Shown here piece after piece: positions 14,619 to 24,142 of a stretch of 64,000 nucleotides of DNA (the first letter of the stretch is position 1; every line of letters begins with the position of its first letter). Under the pieces are notes generated by a model. That model was given only the letters and a program-made list of their open reading frames with translations, was not told the origin of the DNA and did no database searches. Made by a program: the position numbers and the translations under genes. The DNA is from an uncultured Alphaproteobacteria bacterium (GTDB taxonomy: Bacteria; Pseudomonadota; Alphaproteobacteria; Rhizobiales; Xanthobacteraceae), in NCBI GenBank assembly GCA_963738915.1, contig CAVTYO010000017.1, forward strand, positions 73,070 to 137,069. The letters are read 5' to 3'.

Positions 14619-15101
14619 TCAGGCGCGATGGTAAGGATGGCCGCTCAGGATCGTCGAGGCGCGGTAAAGCTGCTCCAGCAGCAGCACCCGGGCGAATTGG
14701 TGCGGCCAGGTAGCGGCACCAAAGGAAAGCCGCAAATCGGCCTTGCCGGCGAGGCTCGCGCTCAGGCCGTCGGCGCCGCCGATCATGAAAGCGACCGCCG
14801 GGCGGTCGGCGGTCCGCCATTGCGCCAGACGGCCGGCAAAGCTCGCGCTGTCGAGATTTTCGCCGCGGGCGTCGAGCAGCACGATGGCGGCGCCTTGCGG
14901 GATCACATTGGCTAGCGCGATCAATTCCTCGAGCATGCGCTTGGCGGCTTCGGCTGCGCGGCTTTCCCGGATCTCGACCACCTCGACCGCTCGCCAGCCG
15001 AGGTTGCGGCCGGTTTGCGCCGCCCGCTTGGCGTAACGTTCGCAGAGTTCGGTTTCGGCGCCCCGCTTCAGGCGGCCAACGGCGGCAACGATGATGCGCA
15101 T
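14619..15101 (-). CDS. rlmH: 23S rRNA (pseudouridine1915-N3)-methyltransferase
   Basis: A 160-aa SPOUT protein starting at ATG 15101 (MRIIVAAVGRLK..FMIGGADGL..LSFGAATWPHQFARVLLLEQLYRA). The longer ORF to 15347 would overlap the upstream gene. Confidence 0.9.
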   Translation of the reverse strand: MRIIVAAVGRLKRGAETELCERYAKRAAQTGRNLGWRAVEVVEIRESRAAEAAKRMLEELIALANVIPQGAAIVLLDARGENLDSASFAGRLAQWRTADRPAVAFMIGGADGLSASLAGKADLRLSFGAATWPHQFARVLLLEQLYRASTILSGHPYHRA

Positions 15102-15163
15102 AAGGTGTCCCGGCTCCGCAGCCCGCGGCCATACGGCGCGGCGGAGTTCCGGGAACACTAGCG

Positions 15164-16021
15164 CTACTGCTTGGTGACCACCACCTCGAGATATTCGCTC
15201 GGCACGATCAGCGTGCCGTCGCCGCCGCGGTTCATCCGCGCCAGCAGGTCGAGGATGTCGCCCTGCAGCGCCGCTTTCTTTGCCCCTTCGAGCTTGGCAA
15301 AGGCGCGGAGCATGGGGCCGTAATAGGCTTTGAAAACCTCGAGCCAATGCGCGGCGGATTTGTAGCGGAAGTTGAAGAACTGCCGCGACGCCTTGGCCTG
15401 GTGCCCGGCGAACAGCTCGCCGAGCCGCGCTTCGCTGCCCCAGGTCGCCGGCGACTTGATGCCGGCCGGCGGCGGCAGGTGCTTGCCGATGGTCTTGAAA
15501 AGTTGGCCGATGAAACCGTCCGGGGTCCAGTTGGCAAAGCCGATGCGGCCGCCTTTGCGTACGACGCGGATCAGTTCGGCCACCGAGGTCTCCTGATCCG
15601 GCGTGAACATGACGCCGAACGTGGACAGCGCGACGTCGAAGCTGCCGTCAGGGAAAGGCAGCGCTTCGGCGTCAGCCACCTGAAAGTTAACCGGGAGGCG
15701 CTCGGCGGTAGCGCGTTCCTTGCCGCGTTCGAGCAGGGCGGCGACGTAGTCGGTCGAGGTCACCACCGCAAAGCGGCGCGCCGCCGCAAGCGTGGCGTTG
15801 CCGTTGCCGGCGGCGACGTCGAGCACGCGCTCGCCGGCACGCAGGTCGATCGCCTCGCAGAGCTGCTCGCCGACGATCTGCAGCGTGGTGCCGATCGCGG
15901 CATAGTCGCCGGAGGCCCAGGTTTCCTGCTGGGTGCGCTTGATGGCGGTGTAGTCGGGTGGATCGCTGAGGATCGTCATGGCGTGCATTGGCAAGTTTCT
16001 CCTCTCAAATGACGTGGTCAT
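15164..16021 (-). CDS. Class I SAM-dependent methyltransferase
   Basis: SAM-binding motif I VLDVAAGNGNATL and post-I/II motifs (FQVADAEALPFPDGSFDVALSTFGVMF). Confidence 0.8.
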   Translation of the reverse strand: MTTSFERRNLPMHAMTILSDPPDYTAIKRTQQETWASGDYAAIGTTLQIVGEQLCEAIDLRAGERVLDVAAGNGNATLAAARRFAVVTSTDYVAALLERGKERATAERLPVNFQVADAEALPFPDGSFDVALSTFGVMFTPDQETSVAELIRVVRKGGRIGFANWTPDGFIGQLFKTIGKHLPPPAGIKSPATWGSEARLGELFAGHQAKASRQFFNFRYKSAAHWLEVFKAYYGPMLRAFAKLEGAKKAALQGDILDLLARMNRGGDGTLIVPSEYLEVVVTKQ

Positions 16022-16132
16022 GGCCGGTGCCGGCCGAGTGCGACTGTGTGGTTAGGACGGATCGCCTGCTGCTTTGAATGACCGCGGCGCTTGATCGCCT
16101 GATCGTGCGTCCGTTTCCCGCAAACGCTTGCG

Positions 16133-16321
16133 TCAGGAGCCCCGGCGGTTGAACCAGCCGTATTTACCGAGAAGCTCGTTGTGCAAGGCGCGCTCGGTCG
16201 AGTCGCACCACGGGCCGCGGACGTGACGCGCGATGAGCATGTTGCGCACCTCCTGCACCAGGAACGCATCGAAGCGTGCGATTTGACGCCTGATCAGCCG
16301 GATGAGGGTCGAGAGTATCAT
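16133..16321 (-). CDS. Small hypothetical protein (62 aa)
   Basis: The ATG at 16321 is preceded by AAGGA about 9 nt upstream on the minus strand. I recognise no family. Confidence 0.35.
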   Translation of the reverse strand: MILSTLIRLIRRQIARFDAFLVQEVRNMLIARHVRGPWCDSTERALHNELLGKYGWFNRRGS

Positions 16322-16426
16322 GGTCGTGTTCCTTCAGATGGCTTGGCAAGAGCGGCCAACGCCGGCCGCCTTTCGCCACGGTAAATGGGGAGCACCGGCG
16401 GCTGGATGTATGATCGCGCCGCCGGA

Positions 16427-17344
16427 TCAGTTGACCGCGCGTCCGATTTGCGGCCGCCGGATCGTCGGCGTTTGCACGGGTCTCGCGGCAACCGGGCGAC
16501 GGATCGGCGCAACGCGCGGAGCCCAAATCGGCCTGTTGCCCACGAACGCGACGATCAGTTGACGTACTTCTTCCGGATGCGTCATCGGCGACATGTGGCC
16601 GGCGCCCGCGATCTTCTCCAGTCTTGCGTTGGCAAGCTTGCGCGCAAGGTGGCGGCAAATCTGCTGCGCCGGCAGCGGCGAGAGGTCGCCGCATAAAATG
16701 AGCGTGCGGGCGCGAAGGTCGGCGAAATCCTCGAGCCGCATCGGGTCGTTGAGCGTGGCCCAGAAATCAAGCGTGACTTTATTGATGCGCGCGGCAAGCG
16801 CGGCACGTTGGCTGTGAGGCAGCGCATCCCAGGCTTTCTCTCCGCTCCAATAATTGATGAAGCGCCGCATGGCGTCGGCGTAGTTGCCGGAATTGACGGC
16901 GCGCGCGATTGTGCTGGCGACTTCAGAAATCTGCCGGTAGGCGGCCGCATCCATGTCGTTGCCGGTCAGCAGCAAGTGAAACGCGGCCGGCTCGATCACG
17001 GTGAGGCTCTTCACCAGCTTGGGATACCGGTGCGCAAGCTGCAGCGCCACCGCGCCGCCATATGAATGACCGACGACGTGCATCGGCTTGCCGAAATGTT
17101 CGATGAGCGCCGCGATCAGTGCGGCTTCGCTGCCGAGGCTGAATGGGCTCGCGCCGGGCCAGTGCGACGTCGCGCCGTAGCCGCAGAGATCGGGAGCGAC
17201 GATATGAAAGGCCGCGCCGGGCGCCTCGGCAAATGCGGACCACTGCCGGCTCGAACCGCCGGTACAATGCAACAGCATGATCGGTTCGCCGGCGCCCGAG
17301 GCAAAGTAGTTAACGCTGATATCGCCGACTTTGATGGTATTCAT
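16427..17344 (-). CDS. Alpha/beta-fold hydrolase
   Basis: HG oxyanion region (IMLLHCTGGSS) and nucleophile elbow GHSYGG. The C-terminal tail is Arg/Pro-rich. Confidence 0.8.
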   Translation of the reverse strand: MNTIKVGDISVNYFASGAGEPIMLLHCTGGSSRQWSAFAEAPGAAFHIVAPDLCGYGATSHWPGASPFSLGSEAALIAALIEHFGKPMHVVGHSYGGAVALQLAHRYPKLVKSLTVIEPAAFHLLLTGNDMDAAAYRQISEVASTIARAVNSGNYADAMRRFINYWSGEKAWDALPHSQRAALAARINKVTLDFWATLNDPMRLEDFADLRARTLILCGDLSPLPAQQICRHLARKLANARLEKIAGAGHMSPMTHPEEVRQLIVAFVGNRPIWAPRVAPIRRPVAARPVQTPTIRRPQIGRAVN

Positions 17345-17546
17345 GACGTTTTCTCATGCCGCAAGGCGGCTTTTTGGCTTGCTCGGCGCTCCTCGCGTCC
17401 ACATGTTGCCGCGAGCAGGCAAAGCGGACGTTTGGCCGGCATGGCCGCATCGTGCGGCAGTCGGTAGAATGGCGTCGCGACGGATTGAATGACAGTTTGA
17501 CCTGATCACTTGATTACGCGTCCAGATCATCGCGGGGGCGAAGACT

Positions 17547-18509
17547 GTGGATCCACTTTCTGAAGTGCTTCGCTCGGTTCGTCTAACCGGCGGCGTCTTT
17601 CTCGACGCCCAGTTCACGGCGCCGTGGTGCGTGACGTCGCAGATGACGGCGGCCGACTGCAATATGCTGATGGCTGCGCCCGCCCAACAGGTGATCGGCT
17701 ACCATGTCGTGGTCAAGGGCAGGCTGCTCGTTTCGGTTGAAGGCGAGCAGCCCATCGAGGTCTGCGCCGGAGAAATCATTCTGATTCCGCGCAACGAGCC
17801 GCACAGGCTTGCGAGCGCCAACGGCTTGAGATCCGTCGACTCTCACGACCTCATCCAGCCGGCGACCGACGGCGCTCTCGTGCGTATTCGTCACGGTGGC
17901 GGCGGTGTGCCGACGCATATCGTGTGCGGTTTCCTGGCCAGCAACGAAAGCTACAATCCCCTCATCGAGACGCTGCCGCGAATTCTCAAACTCGATGTGC
18001 GTGACGGCGCGTCGCGCGACTGGATCGAGGCGTCGGTTCGTTTTGCGGCCGGCGAACTCGCCCAGGGCCGGGTTGCCTCATCGAGCGTCATGTCGCGGCT
18101 GTCCGAGTTGCTGTTTGTCGAAGCCGTCCGGCAATACTCGACGACGCTCGCCAACGAGGAAGTCGGCTGGCTCAAGGGGCTGAAAGATCCGCACGTGGGC
18201 CGCGCGCTGGCGCTGATCCATCAGAATATCGGCGCGCCGTGGACGGCCGAATCGCTGGCCAAGGAAGTTGCGCTCTCGCGCAGCGCATTCATGGAACGCT
18301 TCAAGAGTCTCGTCGGCATGCCGCCGATCCGGTATCTCACGGTCTGGCGGCTGCAGACGGCGAAGCTGAACCTGCGCGAAACTGCGACAAGCATCGCGCA
18401 ACTGGCGCATTCGGTCGGCTACGATTCCGAAGAGGCCTTCAGCCGCGCCTTCAAGCGCGAGTTCGGGCTGCCGCCGGCGCAGTGGCGCGATCGGCAGGCG
18501 GCGGCTTGA
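17547..18509 (+). CDS. AraC-family transcriptional regulator with N-terminal cupin-type sensor domain
   Basis: GTG start. MDPLSEVLRSVRLTGGVF matches the AraC cupin_6-type N-terminus. The C-terminal HTH_18 region is WTAESLAKEVALSRSAFMERFKSLVGMPPIRYLTVWRL..AHSVGYDSEEAFSRAFKREFG. Confidence 0.85.
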   Translation: MDPLSEVLRSVRLTGGVFLDAQFTAPWCVTSQMTAADCNMLMAAPAQQVIGYHVVVKGRLLVSVEGEQPIEVCAGEIILIPRNEPHRLASANGLRSVDSHDLIQPATDGALVRIRHGGGGVPTHIVCGFLASNESYNPLIETLPRILKLDVRDGASRDWIEASVRFAAGELAQGRVASSSVMSRLSELLFVEAVRQYSTTLANEEVGWLKGLKDPHVGRALALIHQNIGAPWTAESLAKEVALSRSAFMERFKSLVGMPPIRYLTVWRLQTAKLNLRETATSIAQLAHSVGYDSEEAFSRAFKREFGLPPAQWRDRQAAA

Positions 18510-18516
18510 CCGGCCG

Positions 18517-18870
18517 TCACCGCCGTCCGGCCGACCACATCTTTTCCAGATTGTAGAATTCGCGCACTTCGGCGCGGAAGACGTGGACGATGACGTCGCC
18601 GGCGTCGATCAGCACCCAGTCCGCCTGGCGCATGCCTTCGACGCGCACGCGGCGGATGCCGGCGTCGTGCAGGTCCTTGACCACGCGGTCGGCGACGGCG
18701 CCGACATGGCGCTGCGACCTGCCCGTGGTCACAACCATGTAATCGCCGATCGAGGATTTGCCGGAGAGATCGATGGTGATGCTGTCCTCGGCTTTGGCGT
18801 CTTCCAGACACGCGAGGACAAGGCGGAGCGTCTCGTTGGCGTCAGCGCGCCGGGAGACGGGTTCGGGCAT
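18517..18870 (-). CDS. rsfS: Ribosome silencing factor
   Basis: 117 aa. DYMVVTTGRSQRHVGAVADRV..WVLIDAGDVIVHVFRAEVREFYNLEKMW is typical of RsfS/YbeB. Confidence 0.9.
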   Translation of the reverse strand: MPEPVSRRADANETLRLVLACLEDAKAEDSITIDLSGKSSIGDYMVVTTGRSQRHVGAVADRVVKDLHDAGIRRVRVEGMRQADWVLIDAGDVIVHVFRAEVREFYNLEKMWSAGRR

Positions 18871-18977
18871 ACGACGCGACGACGCCCGAGAGAGTGCAGG
18901 GGTAATCAGAGGGTTTGATCCTTTCCGTTCGTTGCACCCGCCCCGGTCGATCCGGGGTTCTCACTCAAAGATAAAGA

Positions 18978-19802
18978 CTATGTCCGCTTCTTTCCACTCT
19001 TGCGCCTGCTGCGGCCGGTCTTCTTCGTGCCTTTCTTGGCGCTTTTCCGCTTGTTCTTTGTGACTCTCTTTCCTTTGCCTGTCTGTTTCGGCTTTTTCGC
19101 GCTCTTTTTCTCGCCCGCGGACCGTGGCTTCTTGTCCTTGCCGGCTGTGCTGGAACGCTCCGCCTTGGCTGCGGTTCCGTCGAGCCGGCGCAATGCGCGC
19201 AGCGCCGTCGATGACAACGGCGATTTGAGCCCATGGATAAAGACCCAGGCGGGCGGCGCGCGGAACGGAAGCGAGGCGGCGTCGACTTCGGCGATTCGGG
19301 CGTGGTTGAGAGCCTGTCCGGCCGGGCTCGCGCCCGCGTAAAGGCTTGGCCCCAGGCGGTCGATGACCGCGAACGGCACCAACTTTGTTATTCCGCGCCA
19401 CCTCTGCCAGCGGTGAAAACTCCGCAAATTGTCGGCGCCCATGATCCAGACGAAGTGAACCCCGGGGCACCGGGCAACGAGCCATTTTATCGTATCGTAG
19501 GTATATCTCGTATTAATGACAGCTTCGAGACCGGTCACATCGATGCGCGGATGATGTGTCAAGGCGCGGGCGGCGGCGATTCGCGTCTTCAACGGCCCCA
19601 GCCCGCGGGTGTCTTTCAGCGGATTGCCCGGCGTCACCAACCACCACACCCGGTCGAGCTTGAGCCGCTTCAGGGCGAGCAGGGTTGCCGCCAGATGCGC
19701 CTCGTGCGGCGGATCGAAGGTGCCGCCGAACAAGCCGATCCTCATGCCGGGCGCATGCGGAGGTATGATGCGCTCGGGGAACGCGGGTCTTTTGTATTTC
19801 AC
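18978..19802 (-). CDS. nadD: Nicotinate-nucleotide adenylyltransferase with a ~60-aa Lys-rich C-terminal extension
   Basis: [15 protein letters not shown] (HxGH-type motif) and the SSTALR motif. GTG 19802 overlaps the proA TGA (GTGA); ATG 19745 is an alternative start. The tail is [55 protein letters not shown]. Confidence 0.85.
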   Translation of the reverse strand: MKYKRPAFPERIIPPHAPGMRIGLFGGTFDPPHEAHLAATLLALKRLKLDRVWWLVTPGNPLKDTRGLGPLKTRIAAARALTHHPRIDVTGLEAVINTRYTYDTIKWLVARCPGVHFVWIMGADNLRSFHRWQRWRGITKLVPFAVIDRLGPSLYAGASPAGQALNHARIAEVDAASLPFRAPPAWVFIHGLKSPLSSTALRALRRLDGTAAKAERSSTAGKDKKPRSAGEKKSAKKPKQTGKGKRVTKNKRKSAKKGTKKTGRSRRKSGKKRT

Positions 19803-21106
19803 GGGCGAATCTGACCGCTGCCAAGGACGCGGTATTTGAAGGTCGTGAGTTGCTCGACCCCGACGGGCCCGCGCGCATGCAGGCGGCCGGTGGCGATGCC
19901 GATCTCGGCGCCGAAGCCGAATTCGCCGCCGTCGGCAAACTGGGTCGAGGCATTGTGCAGCACGATCGCCGAATCCACCTCGGCCAGGAACTTGTCCGCC
20001 GCCGCCTTGTCGTCGGTAATGATCGCGTCGGTATGGTGTGAACCGTAGCGCTCGATATGCGTAATCGCCGCGTCGATGCCGTCCACGACCTTGGCGGCAA
20101 TGATGGCGTCGAGATATTCCGTGCCCCAGTCTTCCTCGCTTGCCGCTTTCACGCGCTTGTCCGCGGCCTGCACGGCCTTGTCGCCACGCACCTCGCAGCC
20201 CGCGGCGATGAGCATCTCGACTAGCGGCCTGAGATTATTTGCCGCCGCGGCGCGATCGACAAGCAGCGTTTCGGCCGCGCCGCAGACGCCGGTGCGGCGC
20301 ATTTTGGCGTTGAGCACGATGGTCTTGGCCATACCGAGATTTGCCGCCTTGTCGACATAGACGTGGCAGACGCCCTCGAGATGCGCGAACACGGGCACCC
20401 GCGCTTCTCCTTGCACGCGGGCAACCAGGCCCTTGCCGCCGCGCGGAACGATGACGTCGATATTGCCGTCGAGACCGGTGAGCATCTGTCCCACCGCGGC
20501 GCGGTCGCGCGTGGGAACAAGCTGAATGGCCGCCTCGGGCAGGCCCCCCTCGCGCAGGCCCTGGCCCAGCGCCGCGACGATGGCGCGGCTGGTGCGCAAA
20601 CTGTCGGAGCCGCCGCGCAGGATCGCGGCATTGCCCGATTTCAGGCACAGCGCGCCGGCATCCGCGGTCACATTCGGCCGGCTCTCGTAAACGATGCCGA
20701 TGACGCCGAGCGGCACGCGCACCCGCTCGATGGTCATGCCGTTCGGCCGTTTCCAGGATTCGGTGATGGTGCCGACCGGGTCCTTGAGTGCGCCTACGGC
20801 CTCGGTCGCCGCGGCGACGGCCTCGACGCGGCTGGCATTGAGGGTCAGGCGGTCGAGAAAAGCGGGCGTCATGCCGGCGGTTTTTGCCTCGGCGGCATCC
20901 TCGGCATTGGCGGCAAGAATCCGTGCCGCTTGCGCGCGCACGGCTGCCGCCATGGCCTGCAGCGCCTTGTCTTTTTGTGCCGCAGGGGCCAGCGCCAGGA
21001 CGCGGGCGGCGGCGCGCGCGGAGCGGCCGATTTCCGCCATGGCGGCGGCTATATCGCCCGTGCCTTCAACGCTTTTGAGCGGCGCGCTCATCGCCAAAAA
21101 CCCCAT
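19799..21106 (-). CDS. proA: Gamma-glutamyl phosphate reductase
   Basis: 435 aa with canonical ProA sequence ([36 protein letters not shown]). Confidence 0.93.
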   Translation of the reverse strand: MGFLAMSAPLKSVEGTGDIAAAMAEIGRSARAAARVLALAPAAQKDKALQAMAAAVRAQAARILAANAEDAAEAKTAGMTPAFLDRLTLNASRVEAVAAATEAVGALKDPVGTITESWKRPNGMTIERVRVPLGVIGIVYESRPNVTADAGALCLKSGNAAILRGGSDSLRTSRAIVAALGQGLREGGLPEAAIQLVPTRDRAAVGQMLTGLDGNIDVIVPRGGKGLVARVQGEARVPVFAHLEGVCHVYVDKAANLGMAKTIVLNAKMRRTGVCGAAETLLVDRAAAANNLRPLVEMLIAAGCEVRGDKAVQAADKRVKAASEEDWGTEYLDAIIAAKVVDGIDAAITHIERYGSHHTDAIITDDKAAADKFLAEVDSAIVLHNASTQFADGGEFGFGAEIGIATGRLHARGPVGVEQLTTFKYRVLGSGQIRP

Positions 21107-21266
21107 CAGAACCCCAGCTTACGGGTGGTTCCTACCACGCCCGGACGGTCCCGGCGAGGTCGCCGGGATTGTGGGGATTGCGTGGATAAGTGGAGGGATT
21201 CCGGAACGGAACAATAGACTTACACATTGGGGGACCAGTGTAGGGCGACCTCAGCAGGAGGGTGTT

Positions 21267-21473
21267 ATGACGTATCGTTCCAGTCGCTTACCGAGCAATT
21301 TTCCCGTCGGCACCAAGCTGGTCATCGAGGGCCCGCGCGGTGGTGAAGGCCAGGCGCAGATTTATAGCCGCCATCTCGAATTTCCCGACGGCACCTGCAT
21401 GGCGCTACCTTCGCGCGCGGTGCCGCAGCCGACGCCCAGCCGCCGCCGCCGTCCGCGCAGCCGCCGCCGGTAA
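21267..21473 (+). CDS. Small hypothetical protein (68 aa) with Arg-rich C-terminus
   Basis: The ATG at 21267 is preceded by AGGAGG (21256-21261). I recognise no family. Confidence 0.4.
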   Translation: MTYRSSRLPSNFPVGTKLVIEGPRGGEGQAQIYSRHLEFPDGTCMALPSRAVPQPTPSRRRRPRSRRR

Positions 21474-21511
21474 TTTGCGCCGCGAGTCAGTGGCTTAAAG
21501 GCGCAACAGAA

Positions 21512-21539
21512 AACCCCAGCCACCGGTGGGCTGGGGTTC
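21512..21539 (-). terminator. Putative rho-independent terminator downstream of proB
   Basis: GC-rich hairpin aaccccagcc..ggctggggtt. On the minus strand it is followed by ttttctgtt. Confidence 0.5.
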
Positions 21540-21670
21540 CGGGCGATCGGTCAATCGCCTTCCATTTCGCGTCTTTGACTTCGCATCTCCTGCGTCGCGC
21601 CGGATTAATGCGTGAGTGGTGTAGAAGTTCCCGGCGAGCCGCCGGCAAAAGGCTTTTGCCGCCGTCGCAC

Positions 21671-22808
21671 CTACTCGCCGCCAAGCACGAGGTCGTCGCG
21701 ATGGATCATCTCGGTGCGGCCGGTGAAGCCGAGGATCGTCTGCACGTCGGCCGATGATTTGCCCTTGATGCGCTCGGCGTCGTCGGCATCGTAGGCGATG
21801 AGCCCGCGGCCGATCTCGCCGCCGTCCGGCCCGCGCACCACCACGGCGTCGCCACGGCCGAAGCCGCCGTCGATGCGGGTGACGCCGGCGGGCAGCAGGC
21901 TCTTGCCGCCGCGCAGCGCTTTCACCGCACCGGCATCGATGGTGAGCGCGCCGCGCGGCTCGAGCGAACCGGCGATCCATTTCTTGCGCGCCGTCACCGG
22001 ATTGGCCGGCGTCAGAAACCACGTGCAGGCCGCGCCCTTGGCAATGGCGTCGAGAGGATGGGCGATGCGGCCCGAGGCGATCACCATGTGCGTGCCGGCG
22101 GAGGTCGCGATCTTGCCGGCCTCGATCTTGGTCACCATGCCGCCGCGTGACAATTCCGAGCCCGAGGCGCCCGCCATCGAACTCGATCTCCGGCGTGATG
22201 CGCGGCACGACGGCGATACGTTTGGCGCCCGCGCCTTGCGCCGGCGGCTTGTCGTAGAGGCCGTCAACGTCGGAGAGCAGCACGAGCAGGTCGGCGCTGG
22301 TCATGGTGGCGACGCGCGCGGCGAGCCGGTCATTGTCGCCGTAGCGGATCTCGCTTGTCGCCACGGTGTCGTTCTCGTTGATCACCGGCACGTTTCTCCA
22401 TTCGAGCAGCTTGTCGATGGTCTCGCGGGCGTTGAGATAGCGGCGGCGCTCCTCGGTGTCGCCCAACGTGAGCAGCACCTGTCCGGCCACGAGACCGTGC
22501 GCGCCCAAGCGTTCCGACCAGGCGCGCGCCAGCGCGATCTGCCCGACGGCGGCGGCTGCCTGCGCTTCCTCGAGTCGCAGACTGCGCGCGCCGAGCTTGA
22601 GCACGGCGCGGCCGAGCGCGATGGCGCCCGACGAGACCACCAGGACGTCTCTTTTATCCTTGTGCAAGCCGGCAATGTCGGCGGCAAGTGAATCGAGCCA
22701 GTCGCGCTTTACGCCGCCAGCCGCGGAATCGACCAGCAGCGACGAGCCGACCTTGATGACGATGCGGCGGAAGCCGGTGAGGGTGGGGGTTTGTGGTGAT
22801 TTCGACAT
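21671..22808 (-). pseudogene. proB: Glutamate 5-kinase (with PUA domain), interrupted by an apparent 1-nt insertion near 22180-22181
   Basis: The N-terminal frame (ATG 22808: [35 protein letters not shown]) turns to Arg-rich nonsense. The C-terminal frame (ORF 21671..22267) continues [27 protein letters not shown] domain..IHRDDLVL. Confidence 0.85.
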
Positions 22809-22849
22809 GGCCCGGCGGAGTGTTGGCGCCGGGGGGTGTAGCATGAGGT

Positions 22850-23986
22850 CTAATTCTGCGCGACCCTGTCCACCTTATGCCCATGCTTGCGCTTGGCCGC
22901 GGCCACTTGCGCGATGGCCGATCCGGCGGTTGGCGCGGACGACGATTTTTCCGCGGGATTGGCGGACGGCTTTGCTTCGGCGACGACGGTTTTTGCCGAA
23001 GCGGCCTTCGGCTTGCCTGCCGCGATCTTCGCCGTCTTGTCGCGGTCCAGCGCCGGCTTCTTTTTCCCGTCCGGCGCCTCGCTATCCTTGGCATCGGCGG
23101 TGTCCGTACGCGCGACTTTCGTCTCCGTTTTCTTCGCCGAGACATAGACCGGCGGCAGCGGAATTCGTTCCGGCCCGTCCCAGGCGAGCAGGCCGGCCGC
23201 TTCCTGACAGGGCGCCTGGCGCGGCAACCTCACCGCCGGACTGCCTTTGGCCGCGGCGGTGAAAGTCTCCGGCGCGCGGCCGGTAATGGTCCTGACGTAA
23301 CCTTGCGTCTCCTGCGGCAACTTGCCCTTGCGCGCCAGCCAATCCTGAATGCGCTTCGGCCCCGCGTTATAGGCGGCGGCGGCAAGCCCGAGGTTGCCGA
23401 ACTCGCGCGCCAGATTGCGCAGCAGGCGCGCGGCGGCGGGGATCGCCTGCAACGGGTCGTAAGGATTATCGAGGCCGACGTCGGCGGAGGTCTCGCGCAT
23501 GAACTGCGCGATGCCTTCGGCGCCGGCGTCGCTCCACACGCCGGACTGGAAGCCGCTTTCCTGGAACAGCAGGCGGATGAAGAACGGCGCCGGCACGTCG
23601 TTGGCCTGCGCTTCGCGCGTCACCGCGTCGCAGATTTCCTCGCGCGAGCGCTCGACCACCGGCTTGGGACGCGGAGGCATCGGCGGCGGGAACGGAACGA
23701 TGCTGTCGTCGCTGTCGAGCACGGCGCCGGGCTCGAACGCGGTGCTCGCACTTTCGGCCGACGTTGCATCGTCGTCGTTCTGAGACTTGTCGCGCGTGCT
23801 CTCGCCAATGGCTGCGGCAACGGCTTCGAGGTCTTGCGTCGTTTCCGGCGCCGCACGCGAGATGAATTGCTTCTTGCTGACGATGACGGCATCGCTGAAG
23901 GTTTCGCCCGCGAGCCACGGCTGCTTGCCCGCCGGACCCGGCAACGCCATCAGGCAAAGGCAGGCAGGCACAAACAGATGCCGCAT
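22850..23986 (-). CDS. Lytic transglycosylase (SLT domain) protein, exported
   Basis: The SLT motif [20 protein letters not shown] is present. The start is taken at ATG 23986, which gives a signal peptide ([17 protein letters not shown]). The C-terminal region is Lys/Ala-rich. Confidence 0.8.
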   Translation of the reverse strand: MRHLFVPACLCLMALPGPAGKQPWLAGETFSDAVIVSKKQFISRAAPETTQDLEAVAAAIGESTRDKSQNDDDATSAESASTAFEPGAVLDSDDSIVPFPPPMPPRPKPVVERSREEICDAVTREAQANDVPAPFFIRLLFQESGFQSGVWSDAGAEGIAQFMRETSADVGLDNPYDPLQAIPAAARLLRNLAREFGNLGLAAAAYNAGPKRIQDWLARKGKLPQETQGYVRTITGRAPETFTAAAKGSPAVRLPRQAPCQEAAGLLAWDGPERIPLPPVYVSAKKTETKVARTDTADAKDSEAPDGKKKPALDRDKTAKIAAGKPKAASAKTVVAEAKPSANPAEKSSSAPTAGSAIAQVAAAKRKHGHKVDRVAQN

Positions 23987-24142
23987 CCGGGATTCCTTCG
24001 AGCGGTTCGGCAGCGCTGAACCGCTGCGGGCCGTGACGGTAGGACAGGAAAGGCGAAAGCCCTCTTGGTTCGCTCTCGTTGTATTGTCTAAAAGTGGACC
24101 GATTTTAGGCCGCATAAGGCGGAAAATGCGCGCGGGGAACTT

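Noticed and set aside
18961-19341. Separate small basic-protein genes within the Lys-rich region (ORFs 18965..19234 -, 19000..19341 +).
   Set aside because: The region is in frame and continuous with nadD without an intervening stop. The alternative frames are low-complexity mirror images of the same Lys codon repeats.
22170-22190. Programmed ribosomal frameshifting in proB, and likewise in sulP at 2798-2800.
   Set aside because: There is no slippery heptamer or downstream stimulatory structure. Both sites are short homopolymers, and the shifts go in opposite directions (+1 nt and -1 nt). Sequencing error or simple mutation is more parsimonious.
21495-22844. The 449-aa ORF as an intact long ProB variant.
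   Set aside because: After ..RITPEIE the translation becomes an Arg/His/Pro-rich low-complexity string, while the real ProB C-terminus and PUA domain are in another frame.
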